Shown: positions 11,701 through 23,405 of the stretch, piece after piece
How the letters are laid out: every line of letters starts with the position of its first letter
Numbering within the stretch: the first letter of the stretch is position 1
NCBI GenBank assembly: GCA_002269645.1
Contig: NIVC01001810.1
Span: forward strand, 1-64,000
Reading direction: 5' to 3'
Source of the DNA: Macrostomum lignano
Lineage: Eukaryota
DNA: 64,000 nt
Position numbers and translations under genes: made by a program
Notes under the pieces: model-generated
Databases searched by the model: none
What the model was told of the DNA's origin: nothing
Seen by the model: only the letters and a program-made list of their open reading frames with translations

Positions 11701-14700
11701 GCGGGCACTCTGACGCTTTCCCAGCTTTCCCAGAAAAAAGACTTACCGGTTGAGACTCCCGTTAAGACGGAAGCTTCAAAGCCGTGGCTGATAAATTCTA
11801 ACAAAGCAAAAACTTCTGCCGTGGTCCAGTTTGTCGCCTTGTTCATTGTGAACATGAAGCGGCAGGTGCGGGATCCGTTCAATCTTGTGGGCAGAATTCT
11901 TGTGCCCGCCGCCCTGCTCGTAGCGATAGCTGTTGGCTCTGCTCGGTCAATAGATTTCGTGACGGAGAAGACAAATGCCTCAGCACAAAACCAGATGGAT
12001 ATTCTGGCCGTCCCTCAATCCATGCGACTCAGTTTTTTTGGAATGCAGGAGATTCCCATTGCGTGCGTTTCCGACGGAGACGCAAATCCCGTGTCCGTGG
12101 ACGAGTGCAAGCGACTCGCTCTTCCAGAAGCGACTGGAAAGAAAGCACCTAGTGCACCAATCCTTATCAAAAAGTCTCCATCTCAAAGCTTAGAGCAATT
12201 TCTGTCGCTGAAGTCAACCAAGGACAAGCTCTACGGCGAGTTGAAGGCGAAACAGGTCAAATATACGAGTATGAGAGAATTGATGCCATGCGCTGTGTAT
12301 TACGCTTCGCCGTGGTTAAAAAGTGTAGCCAACACCGACCGATATGTGGGCGTTGGAATATTTTTTGGAGAAGAATTTTACTTACCTACAGCGCATGTTC
12401 ACAAAAGAGCTCTTGTTCAATTGCTAATGTATTTCGGAATTCCGGGACCGGAAGCAACCACCGCATTAGCGCTCATAGATAAATTTGACCATGCTTGGGT
12501 CAGTCTAGGATTTGAGTTGCGACTGTTTCTCCTAATAATGCCTTTGTTTGCAATCTCCTGCTTGAGCGATCCGATCGAAGACATGAGCAGCCGAGTGCGC
12601 AGTTACCTGATAGCAACTGGCATGACCCACATGGCCTATTGGGTCAACACGTTTGTCACGCACTGGGTCCAGTACGCCATTTGCTACGTGATTGCTGTCG
12701 GGCTGCTAATGATGTCTCAGGCATACAACAGTGCTTACCTCGTACTAATCGCCTTCTTGCCGGCGTTTATTTTTGGAACCGTGTCCAACCTGCTGACTGT
12801 CTACGCCATCGCTGTTCTCACAAGGAAAAGGAGCACCCTGGTCTCCACAGGCTGCGTCCTGGTCTCTGTCCTTTTGCCCTCATTTGTAGTTATGTTTCAA
12901 AATTTTCCGGTTTATTTGAAACTACTTATTTGGATAGTTCCGACCATGGCTCCCATTACACTAATGTACTTCAGCACTGAGCATTTTTTATATAAGCTTG
13001 CCTACTATCAAATCATAGACGGCTCTGAGCTGCCTGGCATGATTGACAGTCTGTGGACGAATTCCGGCATCTTCCACTCTCTCATAGCGATGCCGGTGCA
13101 CATCATTATCTTGCTGGGCATCATTTTTGCCGTGGAAGAAAGCGCCGCAATCAAAGAGGCCGTGTGCCACCGCGGAGCCCAGACCAAGCCTGAAAAACTC
13201 GATAGCGACATGGAAGACGGCGCAAAGAAAGAAGCAGAGCGGGTGCTGGCGGCTCCCAGGAGCTCCAAGAACGTGCTGGAGGTTCGACAGCTGCAAAAGA
13301 TTTATCCGAACGGAGTCCACGCTGTGCGAGGCGTCACCTTCGGAGCGATGGCCGGCGAGATCTTCGGTCTGCTGGGCGCGAACGGAGCCGGCAAGTCCAC
13401 CTCTATGTCGGTGATTGTCGGCGAGGAGGCCGCGACGGAGGGCGCCTGCGAGGTCCGCATGCAGGACGGCGCCTGGTTGTCTGGTCGGGAGGGATCCACA
13501 GTCGGCGCCATCGGCTACTGCCCGCAGTACAACCCGCTGTTCAACAGCATCACCGTGGCCGAGCACATCCGCTTTTACGCTAACATCCGCGGTCTGGACT
13601 CGATCGAGGCGGAGCAACAGACGAACCGGCTGATGCAGAGCCTCGGCCTGTCGCAGCACAGCGACAAGCAGGCCGGCCAGCTGTCGGGCGGCAACAAGCG
13701 GCGTCTCTGCCTCGCCATCGCTCTGCTGGGCGACCCGGCGCTCATCGTCATCGACGAGGCCTCGACCGGCGTAGATCCCGAGAACAAGCGCTTCATCTGG
13801 GGCGCCATCCGTTACATGACAAAAAATAAAAGAGTTGTCATGGTCACGACTCACAGCATGGAGGAGGTCGAGGCTCTGTGCAGTCGGGTCGGCATCATGA
13901 ACAAGGGCAGGATGATCTCAGTGGGCACCGTGCAGCAGCTTTTGAGTCGGTAAGTTTGCATTACAAAAATTACATTCTCGCGAAAAAAGATAGCTTAGCG
14001 AGGTGTCTTAGTCTCATCAATGGTCCAGTCGCCTTAGGTCAGCATCTAGGATTTTGTACCTGGTTGCTACGATCTACAAGATTAGAATTTTAAGAGCTTT
14101 TAGTTATAGCGTTCCGGGGGCTCGTATATTTCTTGTGCGTTGCTAGATCTTTAAGCTTACTGCGTAGTGTACAGTGTCGTTTATGGTTGATGGGGAAGGA
14201 ACGATGGGAAAAATACAGCAACCATTAAGCTTATAGTAACTGCTACAACTACCTCCCTCCAAAGGGAAGGTAAATTAAGGAGGGATCATAAGCAGGTGGT
14301 CCCTTTTGGAATATGAAGAAAACAGGCATGTGCGCAGCAGATCGACATGTAGTTCAATCAAAAGTGCTAACTAAACTACTAAATAATGTGGAGCTCGCAT
14401 CAGTTCGCGTTTCTTCACGGAGGTAAATTGCGTGTCGTTATTTGCATACTGGCTTCGGTAGGGAGATGTCAAAATACTTATAGGAAGTCGGCTCCAGCGG
14501 TGGTGGCTTTTGGCGTGCGGCAGTGTTGAGCGGGTTAATCACGAAATGGTGAAGAACCTGAGTCTGGTGGCACAAAAACGGAAACATGAACTGACAGATC
14601 GCGCGGCGCGTCGTCAGCGATGTGTGTTTAGCTGGAAGGCTGCGGATGTGCGAGGTGGTGCTGTCCCAAATCCAATCCATCTGGAACGAGTTCGTGTCGA

Positions 14701-15792
14701 ATTGTTGGACACGCTTGTATTAGCAGCTCCGAGACATCGTAGAAGAGTCAGCTGTAGGCTTTGAGCTGACGTTTAGTCGCCGAAGAATTGGCAGCTAGCT
14801 ACTCGATCTGCACTTTTGGCCAGTCCTAGTTGAATTTGACTGGCTGGTTAAACCGTCTAGCTAGACTGTTGACAGTGCAAAATCGTGTTGTGCCGATGGT
14901 GCGTGATGCCACGCAAACCATATCAGAGCACGAGGCTCTGGCCCACGCTCTGCTACGTCAGCAGAGGCTAATTGTGCTCCCAGCTTAGAGCTGCAGCAGC
15001 TGGTGGACACTGCGCACTCTGCGATGCTGCGCTCTGCGTTCGGCGTACGCTGCGGCCCGGGCTCGGAGTCCAACGTCGCTAGGGCCTAATGCGGCCTTCT
15101 GAGCTGCGCGAGAGGCGACTCAGGATGGATGGCCACGTCATCCGGTCGGAAAGTCGCTGCCTCGAGCCGCTACACGACTAGCTTTTGTGGACGGCGCAGG
15201 GTCCGCGGAGACGAGGACGACGGCGAACGATGCGCTACCCCGACAGCTGCTCCTGAGGGATGCGAGAGCTCCCGTTCGGACTCTGACTGGGGGCGCTGAC
15301 TTTTTGAGAAAGACCGCCCTAAAGGTGTTTGACATCTCCCCTCCTGTGTCCACTCGTGGCCGGCGAGAGGTGTATTTTTGTTGCTGTTTTTGTTGCTATT
15401 GCAGGCAATGGGGCATTTTTATTGACACCCGCAGCTATGGAGACGCGTACACGCTGGAGCTGCTGCTGGCCCCGGAGACCGAGCCAGTAGTCAGACAGAA
15501 AAAGCTGATCATCAAGAAAGTGGTGTCGGAGCAGTTCAAAGGAGCGCAGACGCAGGAGGACCTCGGCATCGGCCTGGTCATGCAGTTCTCGCTGCCCAAG
15601 TCGTCAGTGCGCAGCCTTTCGGGTGCACTGAGGTGGATCTCAGTCCTTCAGAGCCGTCTAGGCTTGAGCTTCTGGGCCCTCTACCAGATATCGCTGGATC
15701 AGGTGTTCGTGAAGCTGGTGAAGATGTTCGACCGTCCGGTCCCGAAGCCTGCAGGAAGAAGTCAAGAATACTTCAGAAGAAGACATCCTTAA
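8714..15792 (+). CDS. ABCA: ABCA-family full transporter, copy 2 (ABCA5-like). Exons 8714-10309, 10820-13949 and 15435-15792; about 1694 aa if one missing base near 9628 is restored.
   Basis: TMD1-NBD1-TMD2-NBD2 architecture. Donors GTAAGC (10310) and GTAAGT (13950); acceptors TGCAG (10819) and CGCAG (15434). Exon sum is 5084 nt, +1 = 1695 codons. The single frameshift is in a T-run where copy 3 has CTCTTTTTC. Confidence 0.9.
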
Positions 15793-16170
15793 CGGGGTGT
15801 TGAGGTTTTTACTGTATTTACAATTAGATAAACAGATTACTTTTTTTAATAACTTATCCCTACTTATCACAACGCGTAATCCATGCTGCGTAAAGAATTT
15901 CCGTAATAAACTGACATACTATGCGAAGCGCTTGACTGGCGACCGGCTTCAGTGTTGTCTTCATTTATGCCAGCTGAAGATGGTTGAATGCGTAAAGTAT
16001 ATAAAGCTGTGGCTGTAGAAATTGTTGATGACCTGGAGATCGGCGCCTTCCCATGGATGCTGCGAGCTGTCATCGTGTCTCTCAAGCTATTCGTCGCACG
16101 TCGTTTCATGATCAAGGATGGCTATACTGTTGTGGTCAGCCATATGAGTGACCGCGGTCACTGCTGCTTC

Positions 16171-17082
16171 CTACAGTGATTGTTGTATATGGCCTACAGT
16201 GATTGTTGTATATGGCCTACAGTGATTGTTGTATATGGCCTACAGTGATTGCTGTATATGGCCTACAGTGATTGCTGTATATGGCCTACAGTGATTGTTG
16301 TATATGGCCTACAGTGATTGTTGTATATGGCCTACAGTGATTGTTGTATATGGCCTACAGTGATTGTTGTATATGGCCTACAGTGATTGTTGTATATGGC
16401 CTACAGTGATTGTTGTATATGGCCTACAGTGATTGTTGTATATGGCCTACAGTGATTGCTGTATATGGCCTACAGTGATTGCTGTATATGGCCTACAGTG
16501 ATTGTTGTATATGGCCTACAGTGATTGTTGTATATGGCCTACAGTGATTGCTGTATATGGCCTACAGTGATTGCTGTATATGGCCTACAGTGATTGTTGT
16601 ATATGGCCTACAGTGATTGTTGTATATGGCCTACAGTGATTGTTGTATATGGCCTACAGTGATTGTTGTATATGGCCTACAGTGATTGTTGTATATGGCC
16701 TACAGTGATTGTTGTATATGGCCTACAGTGATTGCTGTATATGGCCTACAGTGATTGTTGTATATGGCCTACAGTGATTGCTGTATATGGCCTACAGTGA
16801 TTGTTGTATATGGCCTACAGTGATTGTTGTATATGGCCTACAGTGATTGCTGTATATGGCCTACAGTGATTGCTGTATATGGCCTACAGTGATTGCTGTA
16901 TATGGCCTACAGTGATTGTTGTATATGGCCTACAGTGATTGTTGTATATGGCCTACAGTGATTGTTGTATATGGCCTACAGTGATTGTTGTATATGGCCT
17001 ACAGTGATTGTTGTATATGGCCTACAGTGATTGTTGTATATGGCCTACAGTGATTGTTGTATATGGCCTACAGTGATTGCTG
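16171..17082. repeat. 23-bp minisatellite (CTACAGTGATTGTTGTATATGGC), about 40 copies
   Basis: Direct reading; one recurrent T/C variant. Confidence 0.95.
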
Positions 17083-17580
17083 CATTGCAAACATAAAACA
17101 ATAGGTACTAATGAAAACAGACGAAAACAAAAACCATACTGTGAAAACTCCACTTCGGGGGTAAGACCCCCCCCCAAAGGCAGAGAGCTTGTATTTAATA
17201 TAGCTGGCCAACAATAAAGGTTGTCTGACAAAGCGTGAGCCAATCACACGCGTGCGTGCAGGTGTACACCTGCACTGTACATTACACTGAGCGGAGCAAC
17301 TGAGCTGACCCACGCTACCACATCCCTCCCCATCTACATGGGGATCAGGGATCGCAAGAGAATACATTAGAGCAACACATTTTAGTGAGGAACAATAACT
17401 CAATAAATAACTTAATAATAAATAATAATTAACCAGCACCAAAACTACGCAATGCAAGATAGAAAAGCAACGACACAAACAGAATAAAGGAAAATAACCC
17501 ATAACCATAACAAAGTTCAAAATCCAAAATTAAACGTCGGAACACTACAGTCAATCAAACAGTCTCTTCCACAGATGACG

Positions 17581-20027
17581 TCACCCATAGCTCAGGCGCT
17601 CCGGGGGACGTCGAACTCGCGAAGATCGGCGCAGAGACCCGTCGATCTCAGGGTCTCCAGGAGCAGCCAGGTTTGGCCGCACCACTCGGTCGTCGCCATC
17701 GAAGCCGCACAGGTAGGAGGTCGGACCGGCGGCACTGACAACACGCGCCGGCTTCCACCGACCTCCGTTGGCTCCAAAGTCTCTGGCCAGTACAGCGTCT
17801 CCAGTCTCGAAGGTCCGGAACCGAGCTTTGCAGTCGTGGTGCTCTTTTTGCTGACTTTGCTTACGCTGTACTCTTGCTCCCAGGTCTGGCCGAGCTCGAT
17901 GCACAGTCGCCGTCCCATCAGGAGTTCGCAGGGAGCCACACCAGTCGTCGCATGCGGAGTGACCCGATAGCTCAGCAGGAACCGGGCGACCTTATCCTCC
18001 AAGGAGCCTTCGCGCTGCTTCTCCAGGGACCGCTTCAGCGTCTGGACAGTTCGTTCCGCCAGGCCGTTGGACGCCGGATGGTAGGGAGCAATGTGCACGT
18101 GCTTAGTGCCGTTCTTCCGCAGAAAGTCGGACATCTCCTCGCTGACCAAGTTGGGCCCATTGTCCGACACCAGCACATCTGGCAACCCGTGCGTCGCGAA
18201 GCTGGAGCGGAGTTTCTGGATGGTGACAGCTGAGGTCGCTGACGTCACCACATGCACATCCAGCCACTTTGAATGCGCATCGACGACAACCAGCAGCATC
18301 TTGCCAGACACCGGACCCGCATAGTCGATATGCACTCGAGACCACGGTCGGTCAGGCCACGGCCACGACAACATTGGCGAAGGCGCCGGGGCGTTCTGCA
18401 ACTCCTGATAGTCGGAGCAGGCCTTGGCCAGGTTTTCAATCTCCGAGTCTAATCCTGGCCACTAGAAATAACCTCGGGCTAACGTCTTCATGCGAGACGC
18501 CCCCGCATGACCTTGATGCAGCACCTAGAGCAGTGCAGCTCGCGCTCCGACCGGGACCACCACTCGAGCGCCCCACAGGAGACAGCCGTCTTGCGCACTG
18601 AGCTCAGCCGCTCTCTTGGAGTATGGCAGCAGATCGTCACTGACCCGCTCTGACCAGCCGATTTGCGTGAAGTGCAGAGCTCGGGCAAGTGTAGGGTCCC
18701 TTCGAGTCAGGCCGCGTATCTGAGCTGCCGTGACAGGTCCATCATCCAGGTGGTCCATCAGCATGATCAGCTCTGCCAGCTTCGGGACCGTTGCCGGCTT
18801 GTCGGGCAGCGGCAGGCGACTCAGGGCATCGGCGCACAGCAGTGAGGCTCCGGCTCGGTGAACCATGCCGTAGTTATAGCCAGACAGCAGCAGAGCCCAC
18901 CTCTGAATTCTTCCAGATGCCAGGGCCGGCACGGCCTTGTTCTCAGCAAGCAATCCAAGCAGAGGTTTGTGGTCACTCACCAGCAGAAATGGGCGGCCGA
19001 ACAGGTACGCGTTGAACTTCTTGACCGCAAACACTACCGCGAGGGCTTCCTTCTCGAGCTGCGAGTAGTTTTTCTCAGCGTCGTGCAACGTACGCGAGGC
19101 AAAGGCCACAGGCCGGACAGCTCCATCGATCCTGTGGCTGATGAGCGCGCCCAGACCGTAGGGGGACGCGTCGCACTCGAGCAGCAGGTCTTCGCTCGGG
19201 TCAAAGTGCGCCAATACCGGAGCCGAGGACAGCAGTGTCTTGCACTTCTCGAAAGCGGCGTTCTGAGCAGCGCCCCAGTTCCAGCGGTGTTGCTCGCGCA
19301 GCAGCAGGTGCAGCGTTGCCAGGACTTGAGACAATTTAGGCAGGAACTTGCCATAGTAGTTCACCATGCCTAGGAAACTGCGCAGCTGAGTTGCGTCCTT
19401 GGGAGCTGGAGCGCTGACAATTGCCTCGACCTTGTCTTTGATCGGGTGCAGGCCGTCGGCATCGATGCGGTGACCGAGATAACTGACGCTCGTCTGCATG
19501 AACTGGCACTTCTCCAGCTTGCACCGGAGGCCGCTCTGGCTCAGCTTCTCCAAAACCTGCTCCAGAGAGTTCAGATGACTGCTGTCGTCCTTCCCGGTGA
19601 TGATGAGGTCATCGATGAAGCAGGCGGTGCTGGTGATTCCTTACAGCAAGCAGTCCATCCGGCGCTGAAAAAGTCCGACCGCTGGCGAGACACCGAAAGG
19701 CAGCCGCGTATACTGGGAGGCCTCATCGAGTGGCAGCTGCATGTACGCCTGCGACAAGTCGAGCTTATTGAAGAGCCGCCCACCAGCCAGCTTCGCGAAC
19801 AGCTCTTCGATCCGCGGCAGAGGATACGAGTCGGGCTCCACGTTCGGGTTGACGGTCTGCTTGAAGTCGTCGCAGACCCTCACAGAGCCGTCGGACTTGA
19901 GCACTGGCACCACCGGCGATGCGTACTCGGAGTGCTGCACGGGCACCAGGATTCCTTGTTCGATCTTGCGGTTCAGTTGGCTCTCCACCTTGTCCTTCAA
20001 AGCGAAAGGGAGATTCCTGGCCTTCAT
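17581..20027 (-). pseudogene. pol: Gypsy pol (RT, RNase H, integrase) with disabling lesions
   Basis: RT LDLSQAY...FIDD, RNase H CDASPYGLGA...SDHKPL and integrase VHIDYAGP...VSDNG...SNGLAER are present. In-frame stops at 19641, 18525 and ~18462, a frameshift near 17900 and an apparent in-frame deletion in RT (EASQY/TRLPFG). Confidence 0.9.
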
Positions 20028-21325
20028 AAAGCGGGTTGAGCATCATGTTTCATATTCAAACTCACTGGTGGTCCGTTGTACTTTCCTAGCTCAGGCGAAA
20101 AAACATCGCTGTACTTGTCGAGCAGCTGTTGCAGTCTGGGCGACACCTCAGGAGCAGCTGCCACCTGCTTGATTGATCTCCAGTCGAGCCGCAACTCGGA
20201 CAGCCAGTCTCTTCCGAGCAGGTCGGATCCGCAGCCGGCAACCACAAGGAGGCTGAGTGGCTTGGGCGGTGCTTCAGCAGCTTCCACAGCAACGCAGATG
20301 CAGCCTTTAATTGGCACTTTCTTACCGGAGTATGTTCGCAGCTGCATGGACGCAGGCTGCAGTGCTGGCTGGGAGTTGAGCACGGTCCTGTAGGTCTTCG
20401 AGGATACAAGGGACACGGAGGCTCCGGTGTCCACTTCCATGACAACAGGTCGGCCATTGATGCGCACCGTCGTTGTAATCGGTGGCACCTTCGACACCCG
20501 CTTGCCGGACAGCTGGTACAGAGAGTGGGCCGTTTCCTCCTCGCAGCTGTCTTTTTCCTCGCCGTCCTGCATCTGCAGAGCCTCTCTTCTATCGTCCTTC
20601 GACTGGGATTTGCAGGCAGCCGCAGTGTGGCCGGTCTTTGAGCACTTGTAGCACTTCTGGGTGGCGAACGGGCACTTATTAGCGAGATGCTTCGTTGACA
20701 GGCACCTGAAGCACCTCCTTGTCGAAGATGACTTCTGCTGTTGCTTGACAATGCTAACGGACTCCTGACTGATTGGATCTGGCTTACTCGCTCCCGACAC
20801 CAGCTGGCAGCCCTTGGCAGCGGACTCGTGGGCCAGGGCCAGCTTCAATGCCTTCGCTAGAGTGAGCTCGGGCTCCGCCAGCAGCCGCCGCTGAGCGCCG
20901 TCGTTGTTGATTCCCAGCACCAGCCTGTCGCGAAGTATCGAAGTCAGGCTGTCGCCGAACTTGCAGTCGCGAGCCAGGTCTCGGAGGTCTGCGACGAAGT
21001 CAGCGACGCCCTCATCTTCCCTGTGATTTCTGGTGTAGAACCGGTAACGATGGACGATCTCGGACTCCTCAGGCTCGAAACGGCTCTTCAGTGCTTCGCA
21101 AATTTCGGTGTAGCTCTTGGCTGATGGCTGTGCAGGAGACAGAAGACTGAAGGCCAGATGGAAGACTTTCTTGCCGCATGAACTCAGCAGAATCGCTCGC
21201 TTTTTCGCTTCCTCAGTGACGTCATTGGCAACAAAATATTGTTCTAACCTTGCTTGGTACATATGCCACGGCTCAGAGCCTTCTTCGTATGGGCCGACAA
21301 GCTCTAGTGCACTTGCACTACTCAT
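20024..21325 (-). CDS. gag: Gypsy gag-protease (433-aa ORF, ending at a 1-nt frameshift in the PR-RT linker)
   Basis: Two CCHC knuckles (CFRCLSTKHLANKC and CYKCSKTGHTAAAC) and the aspartic protease motif VDTGAS. Confidence 0.9.
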   Translation of the reverse strand: MSSASALELVGPYEEGSEPWHMYQARLEQYFVANDVTEEAKKRAILLSSCGKKVFHLAFSLLSPAQPSAKSYTEICEALKSRFEPEESEIVHRYRFYTRNHREDEGVADFVADLRDLARDCKFGDSLTSILRDRLVLGINNDGAQRRLLAEPELTLAKALKLALAHESAAKGCQLVSGASKPDPISQESVSIVKQQQKSSSTRRCFRCLSTKHLANKCPFATQKCYKCSKTGHTAAACKSQSKDDRREALQMQDGEEKDSCEEETAHSLYQLSGKRVSKVPPITTTVRINGRPVVMEVDTGASVSLVSSKTYRTVLNSQPALQPASMQLRTYSGKKVPIKGCICVAVEAAEAPPKPLSLLVVAGCGSDLLGRDWLSELRLDWRSIKQVAAAPEVSPRLQQLLDKYSDVFSPELGKYNGPPVSLNMKHDAQPAL

Positions 21326-21403
21326 TTGTGCCTACTCAGTCTCGTCGCCACTGTGAAAACTCCACTTCGGGGGTAAGACCCCCCCAAAGGCAGAGAGCTT
21401 GTA

Positions 21404-22714
21404 CGAGGGTCACTCAGAAAGTCTTTAGCCTGAGTAGGATCCACGAGACGTAGAAGCATGAAATTTGTCTATGGTAAAGACCAACTTTTAAAAGTATTGC
21501 AACAAAACTTTCAAACAGAAGCAGCCACTTTTGAGTCCACTGCAGCGAGTTAAAGTCAGTTCACCCCCCTGAGTTCTTCAATTCAACAATGAAGCTGGAA
21601 AATCGCGACTTCAGAGCAATGATGTACTTGCACTTCAAGCAAGGCAAGTCGCCGGCCGAATCGTATCAAAGTTTACAGAACGTTTTTACCCATGTATGTC
21701 CTTCATACGCAACCGTCAAAAACTGGTTCGCTGAGTTTCGCCGAGGTCGAGAAAGCCTCGAAGATGAACATCGATCCGGGAGACCCTGTGACGCAGTGAC
21801 TCCAGAAAATATCTGCGCTGTGTCCAGCATGATTGCCGCTGACCGGCGAGTGACCTACCAGCAGATCCAGCAGGAGATCGGTATTGGATCGGGGAGTGTG
21901 CACGCCATTCTGCACGAACACCTTGGAGTGCGGAAGCTGGCTTCCCGGTGGATCCCCCATCAGCTGTCGGACGTGCAGAAGGACACCAGGGTGGCTTGGT
22001 GCCGATTCATGCTGCAGAAATTCGAATCTGGGACCAGCCGGCGTATCAGGGACATCCTCACGGGCGATGAGACCTGGATTTATCAATACGACCCCGAAAG
22101 CAAGCGCCAGTCAGCCATGTGGACCTTTGGAGACGAGGACAGCCCCACCAAGTTTCGACGCAGCCGGAGTGTCGGCAAGCAGATGGTGGCCTGTTTCTTC
22201 ATGCGCACTGGGCATGTGGCTTCCGTTTCACTTGAAGATCGCCAGACAGTCACCGCTGACTGGTACACAACGGTTTGCCTGCCCAAAGTCTTTTCTGCTG
22301 TGAGCCAGAGGCGCCCAAGGTGCGGAATGCGCGGGGTGCTGCTGCACCACGACAACGCCAGCGCGCACACGGCGGCTCAAACTCTGGAGTTTCTGGCTGA
22401 CTGTGAGGTCCAGCTGATGACTCACCCTGCTTACAGTCCAGACCTGGCACCGTGCGACTTTTTTCTGTTTCCGAAGTGCAAGGAGATTCTGAAGGGCCAG
22501 GTCTTTTCTTCACCGGAAGAAGCTGTGAATGAGTTCAAAAACATCATCGAGGAGCTCCGGGATGAGGATTGGCGGCAGTGCTTTGACAGCTGGTTTCACA
22601 GGATGCAAGCCTGTATCAATGCCGGTGGAGAGTATTTTGAGCACTTGTAGTCGTTTTTTAGTTCATTTGTTGCTGTTTTCGTGTTCAGGCTAAGAACTTT
22701 CTGAGTGACCCTCG
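21404..22714 (+). mobile_element. Full-length mariner DNA transposon (1311 bp) inserted in the gypsy 5' LTR
   Basis: 30-bp TIRs CGAGGGTCACTCAGAAAGT(CT/TC)TTAGCCTGA (28/30 identical). TA duplication at 21402-3 and 22715-6. The empty site GCTTGTATTTAA is seen in the 3' LTR. Confidence 0.97.
21589..22650 (+). CDS. Mariner transposase, 353 aa, uninterrupted DD34D
   Basis: WIPHQL, TGDETW, HHDNASAH and YSPDLAPCDFFLF motifs; 34 residues counted between the second and third Asp. Confidence 0.96.
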   Translation: MKLENRDFRAMMYLHFKQGKSPAESYQSLQNVFTHVCPSYATVKNWFAEFRRGRESLEDEHRSGRPCDAVTPENICAVSSMIAADRRVTYQQIQQEIGIGSGSVHAILHEHLGVRKLASRWIPHQLSDVQKDTRVAWCRFMLQKFESGTSRRIRDILTGDETWIYQYDPESKRQSAMWTFGDEDSPTKFRRSRSVGKQMVACFFMRTGHVASVSLEDRQTVTADWYTTVCLPKVFSAVSQRRPRCGMRGVLLHHDNASAHTAAQTLEFLADCEVQLMTHPAYSPDLAPCDFFLFPKCKEILKGQVFSSPEEAVNEFKNIIEELRDEDWRQCFDSWFHRMQACINAGGEYFEHL

Positions 22715-23405
22715 TATTTAATATAGCTGGCCAACAATAAAGGTTGTCTGACAAAGCGTCAGCCAATCACACGCGCGCGTGCAGGTGTACACGTTCTAAT
22801 TTTCTGAGCGAAAAGCTTTATAAATATCGATAGAGCAATAAGAAAGGCACAACATATCAAAAGATGAACACTGGATCTGCCTCCTATCAAAAGCAAATTT
22901 TTTTTTCGAAAAAAACTGCCTTTAAACATTTTCGAAGAAACGAGGTTGCCCGTCCCTCTACTTAAGTCGTCCTTGTTCTGGGATATCAGTTGTGGGGCAG
23001 TGTACATCTGCCTCCCTCTCTCTCTCCCTCGCTCACTTGGTCCGGCGCTATCACTGCCCCGTACAAGTACGTACAGCCAACCACTCACTCACTTCAATAA
23101 TTGATTTATTACGCAATAGTCATAGCCAACTATATAACTCGGCCCTGCTAAGTGCAAGCACCCCTTTGAGTTATTTTTCATGCCTGCCTAGCACCATATC
23201 GCGGCACTGCCTTTTCTACATAAGTCTTTGGTCGAATTCTCAAAATTAGCTGCTCCAAAGACGCCTTTATGGCCAGAGACAATGAAAAGCCAGTCTTTAA
23301 TATCTTGATTCTCACTTGCCACCCTAAGAATTGTTCATTGGCTCAATTAGCCTGGAAAACGCTATCTAAAGTCTGCCGTTGAAGAAACGCACGACGGTTT
23401 TCTGA

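Larger units (their letters stand above)
17140..22792 (-). mobile_element. Ty3/gypsy (Mag-like) LTR retrotransposon, decayed. 3' LTR 17140-17322, PPT 17323-17332, PBS 21341-21350, 5' LTR 21352-22792 (interrupted by a mariner and missing its outer ~53 nt).
   Basis: Two LTR copies begin TGTGAAAACTCC on +. On the minus strand, PPT GGGGGAGGGA precedes TGTGGTAG. PBS TGGCGACGAG matches a tRNA-Ser-like 3' end from recall. Domain order is gag-PR-RT-RH-IN. Confidence 0.92.

Noticed and set aside
13950-15434. Short ORFs in ABCA copy 2 intron 2
   Set aside because: No recognisable domain, no consistent splice structure and no TIR, LTR or TSD found.
20024-20050. Programmed ribosomal frameshift between gypsy ORFs
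   Set aside because: The shift is downstream of the protease, lacks a slippery heptamer and is explained by one missing base in CCC(C)GC TTT ATG. The element has several other lesions.
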